Position numbers and translations under genes: made by a program. The notes under the pieces were generated by a model. It saw only the letters and a program-made list of their open reading frames with translations. It was not told the DNA's origin and did no database searches. DNA of 63,809 bases, the filler included, from Choristocarpus tenellus KU-1152 (taxonomy: Eukaryota > Protista > Phaeophyceae), in NCBI GenBank assembly GCA_964200185.2. It is 11 parts of 11 records of this genome, joined end to end, with 100 filler letters (N's around TTAATTAATTAA, not from the genome) between each part and the next. Parts side by side here need not be neighbours in the genome. Positions count along the whole stretch, not along the records: positions 1 to 3,323 come from CAXNAD020020803.1; positions 3,424 to 7,523 come from CAXNAD020016211.1; positions 7,624 to 10,986 come from CAXNAD020020530.1; 8 more parts are not named here. The stretch is one strand, 5' to 3'. Positions 1 to 10,986 of this stretch are shown here, piece by piece; positions within the stretch are counted from its first letter, which is position 1, and each line of letters begins with the position of its first letter.

Positions 1-74
1 CGATGTTCGGGGGGGGGGGGTTGGCCGAGATCGTCCCTTCCCTCCCAAAAAAAAAAAAAATTTGTCTCAAAAAC

Positions 75-112
<38 letters not shown>

Positions 113-126
113 AGATACTTTGACCC
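1..126. mobile_element. MITE family B' end (TIR GGGTCAAAGTATCTGGGG), truncated by window start
   Basis: Ends in ...CCCCAGATACTTTGACCC, the reverse complement of the terminus seen at 7444 and 55643 (variant at 49205). Confidence 0.6.
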
Positions 127-2450
127 ATAAATTGTGTATATCATTGACACTCAAAAACACCCAGTAGATACACCCTGAAATGAACACTTTAGGTAACATA
201 ACAACCGGGTCCATTGGCTGGTGTTTGTTGATGCAATTTGGTGGGAAGTCCATCACAGTCATTTCCTAATTACTATCAATCGCCTCATTGTACCCACCAG
301 AGATATCGATGAGGAGCAGAACAGGATAGCATGTCTCTCTCCTTGTGTATGGCAGGAAGAAGTAGAAAAACACTTCTTGAAGGTGGGCTGACCAGACTGT
401 GTTTTTTTCTGGCTGAAACAGGTAAGTGCATACACCGGGGGGTAGGTCCGTGCCAAAAGCTTCATGTGTTTACTTCCTTACCTATCAGGAACATGAGTAC
501 TATCTGTGATCTTCTGGCATCCATGCCTATGTAGGTTGAACCATGATCCTCTGCCTTCACGCCTTTTGTTTCTCTTGCTGTTTTTGTCGTCCTTTCTTCT
601 GAAACGAGATATGATTTGCACAGTCAGCATCCGTCCACCCTGCCAGCATCTCCATGGAGGGACAAGACCACCATACTGTGATATCGGAGAAATATTTCCG
701 GCCCACCTCCCCTAGAAACAAAAAAAAAGTCTTCCATTATTGTGTGCACCAAATGATATTTTGTAAAGAAGTTGCTTTGACCTTACAACCCTAGTCACAA
801 AACTCAGATTACCTCATGTGCATTCCCTTTGCTTTGCTCACGAGTTCTGTACTGATTAGTTAACCTCGTCTTAGCCTTACATCTACTCACTCCCCTCAAC
901 TGACGTCACACTACGCACTCGGTGAGGTATCAAAGTGATGGTTTGATGGTGTGGTATGTATGCGGCCACTTTCCACTTATGATATATGTATCTCAATTCA
1001 GCAACAGAGAATATTTCCTAGTCTGCTACTCAAATATTTTCTTTCCCAATCCTAACCTGTGAGACTGTTCTCGCTTCAACTCTGAATAAATCCGCTATTT
1101 TGACGTGGTCCATATTTTTTCGACTATCAGGCTTAGTACTTCGACTCTTAGGACCAAAAAAGATAGCTGCGCCCATCGCCAGTGCCATCTGTTATGACCT
1201 CGTCCATTGCTTTTAGTTTTTCTGTGCTGAACAAGATATCATGGCCAACTGTCGTGGCAGCAGTAGCCCCCAAGGCTACTTCCGACAGGCGAGCTTACCA
1301 TCGCTGATGTCATTTCCACTCTTTATCTCTTTTGCTCCTCGGGGGATTGGCTGTCAAAAATGGCTTTTCATCTCGTTAGGCTCATCTTCATTTCATGTAT
1401 AAGGTAGTGCCACCACGATATTAATTTGTGCCCACTGCAGTGTGGTGATCCTTTGGTGTCACAGAAAGAATGAGGTGACTGTTCACTGCGAACAAGATGG
1501 TGGCAAGTATGCGGACAGAGCTGGGACTCTACTCTGTACTTCTTTGTAATCTTCGCGCAATAATTCTTCAACAATAATAAATTATTTACGACTCACAAAT
1601 AAATCAGGATTCTTCTTTGTCGATTGTCGTCTCTCAAACCTCATACCCTACATTATGAATACAAGAGGTTGCCCTTCATACCTACTATACGAATATACTC
1701 CGTATAATATACTAGGAGTATAAATGGTACAGGGTTTCATCATACTTCCCAAACATAATTAAATGATGGCGAGGAACTGGCTTTAATCGTGCGCAAGGTA
1801 CGTAAAACAAAGTACCCACAAACTTAGCGTCTGTAGACTAAATAAGACCGACCGATTAAGAACAAAATCAGCTTCAATTAACCGAAAAAGAACTAATAAT
1901 ACAACATAGAGCAGGAAAGGAGCATTCAAATCCCAGCTACGCCAAATTGTCTCGGTAACTACGCAAGTGGCACTGTCTAGACGTGTAATGCGTTTTAAAC
2001 TAGAATCATCAGAGAGATGGGCACGGAGGTGATAATTGGATTCTTGGGATGCCTCCCTTGCTCCTCCTGGGGCATAGGTATAGATAGGTAGGTTGGAGAC
2101 ACAGAAGGCAGTAGTACAACATACATAGTGGTGAAGTAACAAATGAATTAGTGTTTTTCACATCTGTGACATTTTATTTCTGTAGGACTTACACTGACAA
2201 TATGTATAGTTTTCGTTGGTTTCCCCCCTGACACATCTCTAAAATGTCAGAGGGCATAATAATAAAAAATAATACAAGAAAAATACGAAAGGGCTTTTAC
2301 ACCTTGCGAAGCGTTTGAATGCTTCAAACTGTTATACCTGCATTATTTTAATTTATTATTTTTCTTACTTTTGTTTTACTGTATCTTACCCCCCTTGTAC
2401 TACCGAACACGTCGTTACATTTCTTCTATAGTGTTGAGAGTTACCTCCAG

Positions 2451-2758
2451 AATCTTGATTTTTTTTAAAGGGTTGCCCAATGAGTTAAACGACGATGAGC
2501 ATACCAAATGAAAACTCCAAATCTAAGCTATCGACTGATGCAAAGGAACATTTTCGGAACCTTTTTTGGTAAGTTTAAATTTTAACCGAATGTTTTCGGC
2601 ACAACCTTGGAAATGTTCCGAAATGAATTATCACGATCAAATATATATTTTCCGAAAGAATTCCTTTGCATCAGTCGATAGCCTAGATCCAGAGCTTTCA
2701 TTTGATATGCTTATCGTTGATTAACTTGTTGGCCAACCATTTAAAAAAAATCAAGATT
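2451..2758. mobile_element. Fold-back/MITE-like element with ~110-bp imperfect terminal inverted repeats
   Basis: 2451-2560 (AATCTTGATTTTTTTTAAA...GCTATCGACTGATGCAAAGGAA...TTCGGAA) is an inverted copy of 2650-2758 (TTCCGAAA...TTCCTTTGCATCAGTCGATAGC...AAAAAAATCAAGATT). Confidence 0.7.
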
Positions 2759-2759
2759 G

Positions 2760-3323
2760 ATCACCGCCCAAACGGTATGTGGGTTAACCTCGGCTCAATA
2801 CTGTTTAAGTCACTTACAGGACACGGTTCTGGTTGAGCATCTTGTAGGACACTGGTTGATGCTTCCAAAGTACCACTGTGAATTGAACCCAATAGCAATG
2901 GTCTGGGGGCGGCCGAAGCACTATGTACAAGGCAACTGTGACTACATGTAGCCTGGAATGAGAGCCAACATTTCTGTCAGTCCTAAGGAGGAAAGGGAGA
3001 TGTTCAGAGTAATTGTGGAGAGGTTCTTCAGGTTGAGCATTGCTTATCACCTGACATATTCCAACGAGAAAGGCATGGAGTGCACCAAATTGGACAAGGT
3101 GTACAAGACATTTAAGTCTCAAATGAGGTTTGCACCTTCAGAATACCTCATTTAACTTGGCATGGATTGTCTGGTTCAGAGGCCTAGTTCCCCATGAGTG
3201 AGCCTTAGCCAGCAGGTGACAACATCGTATAAATGGGAAATAATGGAAAGAGAATGGAGAGACAACAACGCCCATGTTCTCCAGGTGAAGATTACCTCTT
3301 CAGGCGTCAAAATCGTCCTTAAA
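2760..3323 (+). mobile_element. Degenerate IS630/Tc1-mariner (DDE_3-type) transposase C-terminus plus 3' region
   Basis: Peptide LMLPKYHCELNPIAMVWGRPKHYVQGNCDY matches the LPK(F/Y)HCELNPIExxW motif, with the catalytic E changed to A. An in-frame stop follows, then ...VYKTFKSQMR. The 3' part recurs at 43098. Confidence 0.8.
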
Positions 3324-3423
3324 NNNNNNNNNNNNNNNNNNNNNNNNNNNNNNNNNNNNNNNNNNNNTTAATTAATTAANNNNNNNNNNNNNNNNNNNNN
3401 NNNNNNNNNNNNNNNNNNNNNNN
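3324..3423. other. Artificial contig linker N44-TTAATTAATTAA-N44; also at 7524, 10987, 16293, 20192, 31081, 36687, 42998, 55666, 60962
   Basis: Identical 100-bp spacer with stop codons in all six frames, repeated ten times. Confidence 0.97.
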
Positions 3424-3627
3424 ACCTCCTAATGTTGACATCTTTCTCTTTTTTTTGTTGATGTGTGGTACGGTCATGGGGGGGGGGGGCAGAGATTGAA
3501 GTGGAAGGTAGTAGTCATGAAACCCTGTGCATGGGGAAGAGATCATTTCAACATGTGAAGGAAGACTTAGAGGGTGTTGGAGGTGGATTGTCCATGTGCT
3601 GCAGTGTTGACATTGTTTGTGTCTACT

Positions 3628-3901
3628 GATTGAAAGTATCTTAGAGGGTACGGATTTTGTCCTGTTTGTCCATTCGGGGCTTGGCTTCCAATGTTTTTTT
3701 TTATGACATTTTCCAACTCCGAAATGCTTCAGAGTAAAAAAAAATGTGTATGTTGTTAAGAGTGTGTTCGGAACAAGGATATTGAAACTTCCTAACAAAA
3801 ACAACAGTCAAAATTACATCAAAATTACATCAAAATCGCAATGTTGGATTTTGGCCCCCAAACGGACGGACATGACTGTACTCTCTAAGATACTTTGACT
3901 C
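3628..3901 (-). mobile_element. MITE family A, complete copy, TSD TACT
   Basis: TIRs GA(T)TGAAAGTATCTTAGAGGGTA / TACTCTCTAAGATACTTTGACTC; TACT on both flanks. Confidence 0.9.
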
Positions 3902-4354
3902 TACTGCATGTCTCGTGGCAGTCCTGTGTCGGAGGACTCATCTTATCGGCATAACTGGCAACTTCTTTTTTTTTATGTGGTTTTGTGTTGGTTTTTCGTA
4001 TTGAGCACTGAACTTTGTCGTGAAGTGTGCTGCTTGGTGCATAATGAGGACCGTAGGTTTGGTTGTTGCGCAGTTAGTTGGATCACTTGGGTGCTGCTTT
4101 GACTGTTCAAGGCAAATCTTATGGAGAGGGGTGGTGGTAGTATCACAGACGCAGCAGGCAGGGACCAGCTTTCGTAGTCGTGCATGTCTTCTCACCCTGG
4201 GGGTCAACGTAACACGTATTATGATATTAGTTTTCCATCGAAAGAGGCCTACTACTTGATTAAGATGTTGTTGGTCACCTGATCACTCTGCCTTCTCCTT
4301 CCTACCTTGCACTATCTAGTGAATGTACAGGATGTTTCTTCATGAAAGGCAATT

Positions 4355-4600
4355 GAGTTGAAAGAGTAATTTGAGAGGTAGGCAAGGTTGCATTTTGTGC
4401 ATCCCAAGAAAGGGCAAAAATATGATATTTTGTACAAGTGCAGAAAAAGCCAGTGCTTTGTGTGTGGGAAGGGAGAGTATCAATTCTGTGTCAACGATTA
4501 TGGGCATGAAAGCAATGAAATAGAGTGTATCGCACAGGTTAAGATGGATTAGAATGCGCAAGGGTCCAAACCTGCCTAACCTCTCTACTACTTTTGGCTT
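4355..4600 (-). mobile_element. MITE family C, degenerate copy
   Basis: Contains TTGAGAGGTAGGCAAGGTTGCATTTTG and GGGTCCAAACCTGCCTAACCTCTC, homologous to the copies at 49471 and 59411. Confidence 0.6.
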
Positions 4601-4812
4601 TTACACAGGGAGGGATACATGAACTTGAGGTGGTTAGCCCCACTGCTGGAAATGGATGAGGGTTAGGATATGCATCTCACATGCATGGTATTTATTGTTG
4701 TATAGTATCAAATAGATACTCGTACTTGATATTCAATTTGGAGGGACTGCAGCTTACACCACAAATAATAGCTTATCGATATCGATTGCAGCAAATGTTG
4801 TGCTTTATTTCT

Positions 4813-5309
4813 AGAAGGACTGTGCACTGGACCAGTTGCTAGCCGGTCTGGCTAGTGGTCCAGTCCCTTGTCATTTTTCGAAGGCCCTGGCCCTACCCCT
4901 ATTTGAGATATGCCTTGGCTGGGCTCACCCACGAAACCTTATTTGCCCCGTGACCCAGCACAAGTGTATCGCATTTTTCCAGGATCGGGCCTTTCTAAAA
5001 AATACACTATCCTCTCAGTCAACCAAACATTTCGATTTCTTCAAAAAAAGCACAGTTCAAAATTTGATATATCGAAATCTCATCATGGTGATACGTAAGT
5101 CGAGCCTGTACGTAGAAATCCTGTCTATTAGAAAATAACCTTACAAAATCCAAAATTCGGAAATTGCGCCTTCTGGGCTGGTCTGCAAACGTTTGTTTAT
5201 TGAGTGTGGGGATGACATTATCATCGCTATTCACACGTGAACTATCAAGTCTGGATTAACAAGTCTGAAACCTGGCCTGGTTTTAACTGGGAACCGGTAC
5301 AGTCCTTTC
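4813..5309. mobile_element. Possible ~500-bp TIR element
   Basis: GAAGGACTGTGCACTGGACCAGTT at the left is an imperfect inverted match to AACTGGGAACCGGTACAGTCCTTTC at the right; no clear TSD. Confidence 0.3.
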
Positions 5310-6547
5310 AAAATGTATTGGTTCAACCCCTTTACAGCTGTGAAAGGTCCCCACCCTGACCTTTCAAAATTTTCTTGCACAACAACCTGAGCCTGGGACG
5401 CGGTCTCATCATAATTCCTACATCCCTACTCCGACAAGTCAGTTTATGGCCTGACACCATCACAGTCATCTAGTCTGGTAAACATCCCTGCTTCCTTCCT
5501 GGTAGTGTGATTACGTATCCACATAAATAGGCCCCCTAGGAGGGGCTGGACCCAGTTAGGTGTGTACAACGGAGAGAGTGGGGAAAGGAGGGAGAGTGTG
5601 GAGCGACTCGTGGCATTTTTGCGTTGGAATCTGACCTATACAAGAACTTTTCCCATAATGGACAAGAGCAAGAAGTGGTACTTGAAACGTAAATGAGATG
5701 GAGGAATGGACAGAACGTACTTGGTCTTAGAGCATTAAAGGAACCCAAAGATCCGGTAACGTGATTAGTAGGAGTCAACCTTTTGACAATTCGCAAAAAA
5801 ACAGGTCTATTATAGAGTTGGTGCAGGCTCGCGCAACAGATAGACCGATCGATGGACAGGAATTACTGAAGTCTTACACACTACACACATGAGAGACCAA
5901 AAAACAGGTCCATAAGAGACAGTGTCACAATTTTTTATTTTTCAGGAATCGATTGATTTTTTAAGATGTACATGTGAGAGGGACCGACAGAGGTAATACC
6001 CCTAAGATTTTTTGTTCCTTTTTTGGAACAAGTGTATGTACAGGCGAGCTTATGTGCGAGGACAAGAGTTGGTATTGATAGCGTACACACACACACAAAT
6101 GGATGAAGGGGTGGATAGACAGGATTTAGTTGGTTTATATGGTACATGGGCGAGTGAGTTGGTACAGGTAATATGCAAACAGATAGAAGATAGAGAAGTG
6201 GACAAAACGGAATTGCTCGGTTATACAGGGTACTTACATGAGAGGGACTCAAAAAAGTTGTAAGGGTTCTATCAGGGAAATAGACACCTCTATTTCACAC
6301 TTCAGCTCACGTAAGGGGGGGATAAATGAGTCCAGAGTCCAGAGTACTTCTCTCTAGTCTGAACAATGCTATCTAAATATCAAGAATGAACAGTGCCATA
6401 GACCATAGATGCACAAGGAATCCACTTCCCCAAACCTATGAATCAAGCTGTTGAAAGGACTCAAGGCACAAGAAACAAGCAGGCGAGCTCATCATGATGT
6501 CGACTACACTTGCTAAGTCGACTCCACCTTTAATCGTCCGCCAACTC

Positions 6548-7276
6548 TCAAGCCCTGCATTCGCCTCTGCACGCATGTGCCGCAGGTTCAAGGGTGAGGG
6601 TGAGGGGTAAACGACTCTGTGATGATTTCCACAAGGAATATACAGGCTTTCCCAAAATCAGTACACAGATGTTGGCATTTGCAAGGATTTTATCCATGAT
6701 CCCTTCGAATTCTGCTTCAATTTCTTCACGCAAGAAGCATGTATCATTGGCACCGATCCATTGACTGTCCTGTTGATGATGAGGTACCCAAATCCGTGCC
6801 TATGAATCACTGGTGAAGGTGGCCGAGATGACTCTGTTGTGATTCTTGTCGCGCCACCTCAATCATCCAGTTCGATATAATTGCCTAGGGGACAAGCCAT
6901 TCAAAGCTACAGGAATTGCTCAGTTACGCCACATAGGTGATCCCTCCGCGTAGTCCTTAGGCTCACTCCCCCTCTCTACAGGTTCCCAATCGATATACAC
7001 CTGTGGTATTCTCAGCTTCACAGACAGGATCACTGCCGCCGACCCCAGATGTGTTACTCTGGTCCATGTGTCCAACAGCGACAACAATTTGATCTCCATT
7101 ACCATCTCGGAGTGGAAGCTTGCGAAACACTCAAATAAGGTAGTATCCACACCGACATTCATGCCCAGGGACGTGTGGTGACGACAGGAATGAGACATCG
7201 GTTTTTCACTGGGTACGGCATGACCGAAGTGTACAGGAGGTACACAGGAAGGGTTTGCATTCATGTCTGAGACCAC
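6548..7276 (-). pseudogene. Decayed reading frame of unknown family
   Basis: ORFs 6920-7276 and 6548-6733 are in the same frame and are separated only by single TGA/TGA/TAG codons; protein-like composition (EEIEAEFEGIMDKILANANICVLILGKP). Confidence 0.4.
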
Positions 7277-7443
7277 ATAGCGCGTTCTGACTGGTATACT
7301 GTTGGCATGGCATCACTGTCCAGTTCAAGGCATGTCGCTCCAACACTATCCAAAACATGCCATATATATGGCACAAAATCAAGAACAACATTTGTGCATT
7401 GACTACCTACCGTACCTTTCTTAATTAAGCATGTCTTAGAAAA

Positions 7444-7523
7444 GGGTCAAAGTATCTGGGGGGGGTTTCGGCGTCCGTTTTTCACCCTTTTTTCGATTTT
7501 CGCTTTTTTGGTGTGATTTGGTC
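7444..7523. mobile_element. MITE family B' terminus, truncated at linker
   Basis: GGGTCAAAGTATCTGGGGGGGGTTTCGGCGTCCGTTTTT; similar start at 49205. Confidence 0.65.
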
Positions 7524-7623
7524 NNNNNNNNNNNNNNNNNNNNNNNNNNNNNNNNNNNNNNNNNNNNTTAATTAATTAANNNNNNNNNNNNNNNNNNNNN
7601 NNNNNNNNNNNNNNNNNNNNNNN

Positions 7624-7827
7624 CCGCGTCCATTTGGGGAACAAAATCCAATCTTGCAATTTTGATGTAATTTTGGCTATCATGTTTGTTAGGAAGTGCA
7701 ATATCCATGTTCTGGACACACCTTTTCATAACGTACACATTTTACCCACTCCTAAACATTTGGGAGTAGGAAAATGTCATTAAAAAAAACATGGGAAAAA
7801 CTCATACCCTCTAAGATACTTTCACTC
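7624..7827 (+). mobile_element. MITE family A, left end truncated by linker
   Basis: Family A body ending in TACCCTCTAAGATACTTTCACTC. Confidence 0.85.
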
Positions 7828-8071
7828 ACTCAGCAGCCTGGCCTACCTAGTGCTGAAAGAAAAACTGTTCACTTCATCTGTGATTTTGCACACACACATA
7901 CTACATGGTCACACGAAAATCAAGCATTTGGTTGACAGGGTTGCCAAACGCGGAATAACAATCTCAACTTAGGTTGAATAGGAGGACACAGAGAGATCTT
8001 CACAACAGCTGTAACCCAACAAGAGGAGGAGTAGAGCGCCACCATCCCACCAACGTTGACAACTCCCTCAC

Positions 8072-8909
8072 CTTTTTGTACATTTTGCGAATCTCTGCTA
8101 GTGACACTTCTTTTTTCTTCGTCTGTCGCTCGATAGCTTCTTCGAGCTCGTGTTGAAAATATACCTTATCGTACAGCGTGCGCTCAACCACACTCTCGGT
8201 CTCGTCGTTGAATGCTGTAAGCATGGCGGTGCAGTGGACGAACGGGGCAAGGGGTAGGTGGGAAGTGGTCGCGGGACACACGTGGCAGGCAGTAGTGAGC
8301 AACATGTTGCTGCTGACAGAAACACCACGGGGGATAAAAAAGATCAACAAGGAAAAGATCAACAACAGGCTGACTGACGATGAACCAAACAAAGGAAACA
8401 CGGCAACAACTTGGTAGATCAGAAGAGTGATCAGGCGATCATGGAACAACGACAACACTCCATCACCCACCGTTGGCAATTAGCCTCTCCTCTGCTTGGT
8501 TGAACTCCATGTAGACCCGCGTCATGAAAGCGCGTTCAGGATCAAACTCTCTCTTCAACATCGTTATTCTATGGTTTCCGTCCAGTGTTCATCCTTGAAC
8601 GGCAAGCGCAGTTTCGGCGGTGAGCTGGTCCCGGTTGCCTAAGCAGTCTCATTGGATGACGACGGACGGAGCAAACTGCTCGAGCCAGCCTTTTTCACAG
8701 ATGGACTTGTTCACGCGCGCAAGGCCACGCTCGCTCAGGGGACGCACCATCTCCGTGCATGTGATGTTGCCGAGTTTCATCTTGTACATGCCGAGGTAGT
8801 GATTTTCGAGGAGCGAGGAGATGCCCTTGGCATTGCTGTACAACGCTCTCGATCCGTGGGCAGCGCCATCAGCAGGCAGGGGGGTCGTTGTTGAGCGAAT
8901 GTTGGACAT
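8072..8909 (-). pseudogene. Spliced ParB/Sulfiredoxin-like domain gene with two in-frame TGA (exons 8909-8471, 8214-8072)
   Basis: Frame continues through TGA at 8649-8651 and 8589-8591 into TLDGNHRITML (DGxHR motif). Phase-compatible intron GTGGGT...TTACAG joins ...RLIAN-A-FNDETESVVERTLYDKVYF; next donor GTGAGG. Confidence 0.6.
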
Positions 8910-9191
8910 GGCGAAGATTGGGAGGGTGTGACGGGGATAGATAAGTAAGCGCTGCTGGTGGTATGTGCGGAAGGGAAGGAATGGAAATGAGGAGTGAGGG
9001 CTGGGAGGTGCTGCTTTATTTCATCTGGTCGGTCGATCCCCAAAGAACTCAGATTTCTCTTTCCGTTGATAATTGTGTTATAAAAAATACGAATACCGAA
9101 CAGTATACGATTTCATATTGAAAAGAGATAGAGAGTATCAGTTTTTTGTGACCTTATCGTTTCGGTACGTTTCAAACGTATTAAATCAATG

Positions 9192-9826
9192 AAGCATGTG
9201 GTTTGTATTTTTATTTGTTGATATGAAGAATAGAATATTTTTGTTATTTCATAAAAACCCTAATGGACGTGTTTTGGCGGTTCAAGGGTTTCGGGTGGTC
9301 CGACGGATCGCCCGAAACTCAAAAACCGCTCTTTGTCAACTTTTGTATTTTTAAAAAACAAATGTCGAACAATATAAGATTTTGTACTTAGAACAATTAG
9401 AGGGTGTCAGGTTTTTTTTAACTTTTTGGTTTGGGAACATTGGAAACGTACAAGATCACTTAAGTATGTGCTTTGTATTTTTATTTATTGAAATTACGAT
9501 ATAAGCCAATTTGTAATTTCTAAAAACCATAATGCACGTATTTTCCGGATCATGGATCTCAGGGTGGTCCGACGGATCGCCCGAACCTCAAACATCATTC
9601 ATACGCCCGGCTTCGAATTCAATTCTATCGTGCCCAAGACTGACTGTTGCCTGAGACCAGATTAGAATCTAGCTTTTGTTTCATCACAGCGAGAAAAAAC
9701 GCGTTTTCCAGAACACGGATTTCATTTTGGTCCGATGGGTCTCTTCAAACTCAAACCTTGTACGCCCGGCTTCGAATTCAATTCACTCCTAGACCTTCTC
9801 ACTGCCCAAGACCGCCTGTTGCCTGA
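9192..9826. repeat. Modular imperfect direct repeats
   Basis: 9192-9323 resembles 9462-9592 (shared GGGTGGTCCGACGGATCGCCCGAA). TACGCCCGGCTTCGAATTCAATTC occurs at 9602 and 9761; TGCCCAAGAC..CTGTTGCCTGA at 9631 and 9803. Confidence 0.8.
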
Positions 9827-10327
9827 AACACCATGACAGTTGCTCCACAGCAAGGGGGTGGCTTTTGTCGCCTGCGCCGCCCCCTGTGTTGCCCCCTCAT
9901 CAACCCGCCAGCAATGATGCGCTGGAGCTTTCTACCAATGACGCTTCAGTGACCGGCGGCTTCGACGAGAATGGGCTCAACCCATCCCGGTCAACGAACA
10001 GGGTGACTGCTGCAAGCGCTTAGCCTGTGTGAAGAAGCTCGCGGCAGATATAGCTAATCCTTCCTTGCCCTCACGTTGGCCAAAGAGCAAGACATCATCC
10101 GGGCGTGTGAGAACCGCCCCGATCGCTAGCACTTCGTTGGTGACCGTGTACCTGTCATTAAGTTGGGGCCTGGAGGCGGATCTATGCTTACGGCCGGCAT
10201 TCCCGTTTGTACGCAGTTTTTCAAGGCATCGTTCGGAATATTCAATCATGTCATCGACTCTTGCAAAGGTACACCAAACGCAAGAGCATCCTCCGGCGTA
10301 GAGAGGTGGGTTTGATGTAAATACACA

Positions 10328-10738
10328 GTGTTATTTGTACCCAGTATTGTTTCAACGTGCGACAAACTTGTTGGGAACGGCAAAAAGATTCCTACCAAGG
10401 TCTTGACAGTTCTACGATCTGCTATCGAAGCGAGGGAAAGGGGTTTTGTGGGAGAAGGACAGAAGACTAAATTCAAGGGACAAGGAGAGGAGAGGGGGGG
10501 GGAGAATAGGGACGAAAAGGAGGACAACGTCAACGACAACAAGGAGGAGGACGAGGAGGAGGATGAAAAGGAGGAGGAGGACAAGGAGCAACAGAAGGAG
10601 GACAGGGACGACGAGGACAATGAAGATAAGGAGAACCTCCGTACGGGGGAGGGGAGGGGGGCGTCTGCCGGTGCAGGTGCACGTACGGGGTGCCCTTGCA
10701 GACGGCCGTGGAAGGACCAGTCCTTGAAGCAGATGTAG
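10328..10738 (+). CDS. Possible exon/ORF with acidic low-complexity (D/E/K) tract, unknown function
   Basis: Open frame with codon-periodic GAG/GAC/AAG tract (EEDEEEDEKEEEDKEQQKED); no family motif recognised. Confidence 0.35.
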   Translation: MLFVPSIVSTCDKLVGNGKKIPTKVLTVLRSAIEARERGFVGEGQKTKFKGQGEERGGENRDEKEDNVNDNKEEDEEEDEKEEEDKEQQKEDRDDEDNEDKENLRTGEGRGASAGAGARTGCPCRRPWKDQSLKQM

Positions 10739-10934
10739 GACGGAGCAGTACGGCGGCACAGAAGAGACCTTTGGCTCCAATGGAAACGCTGGAGTCAAAC
10801 ACGCGGGTTAGGTTTACCGCTGCACACTTTCGGCCCCATCGCGGTGCTAGAGAAATGTAGAGACGCCGGATTAGCAAGCATGTGGCAGATATTCGTGTAA
10901 GTAAAGTATACCTCGTAGGCCTCTTGGAGAATGA

Positions 10935-10986
10935 GAGCCAAAGTATCTTAGAGGGTAGAGCCGCGTCCATTTGGCGAACAAAATCC
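10935..10986 (+). mobile_element. MITE family A left end, truncated at linker
   Basis: GAGCCAAAGTATCTTAGAGGGTAGAGCCGCGTCCATTTGG. Confidence 0.85.

Noticed and set aside
482-713. Possible minus-strand exon with AG/GT boundaries
   Set aside because: No recognisable family and no confident partner exons.
3324-3423. Recurrent TTAATTAATTAA motif as a biological signal
   Set aside because: Always centred in exactly 100 bp of N padding; it is an artificial six-frame-stop linker.
8589-8651. TGA recoding (alternative genetic code or selenocysteine)
   Set aside because: TGA ends the intact-looking 51554-52078 ORF at a plausible terminus, and no intact exon contains an in-frame TGA. CGA>TGA decay is simpler.
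10246-10970. Minus-strand and alternate-frame Ser/Leu/Pro/Arg-rich ORFs
   Set aside because: Shadows of the purine-rich acidic tract on the + strand.
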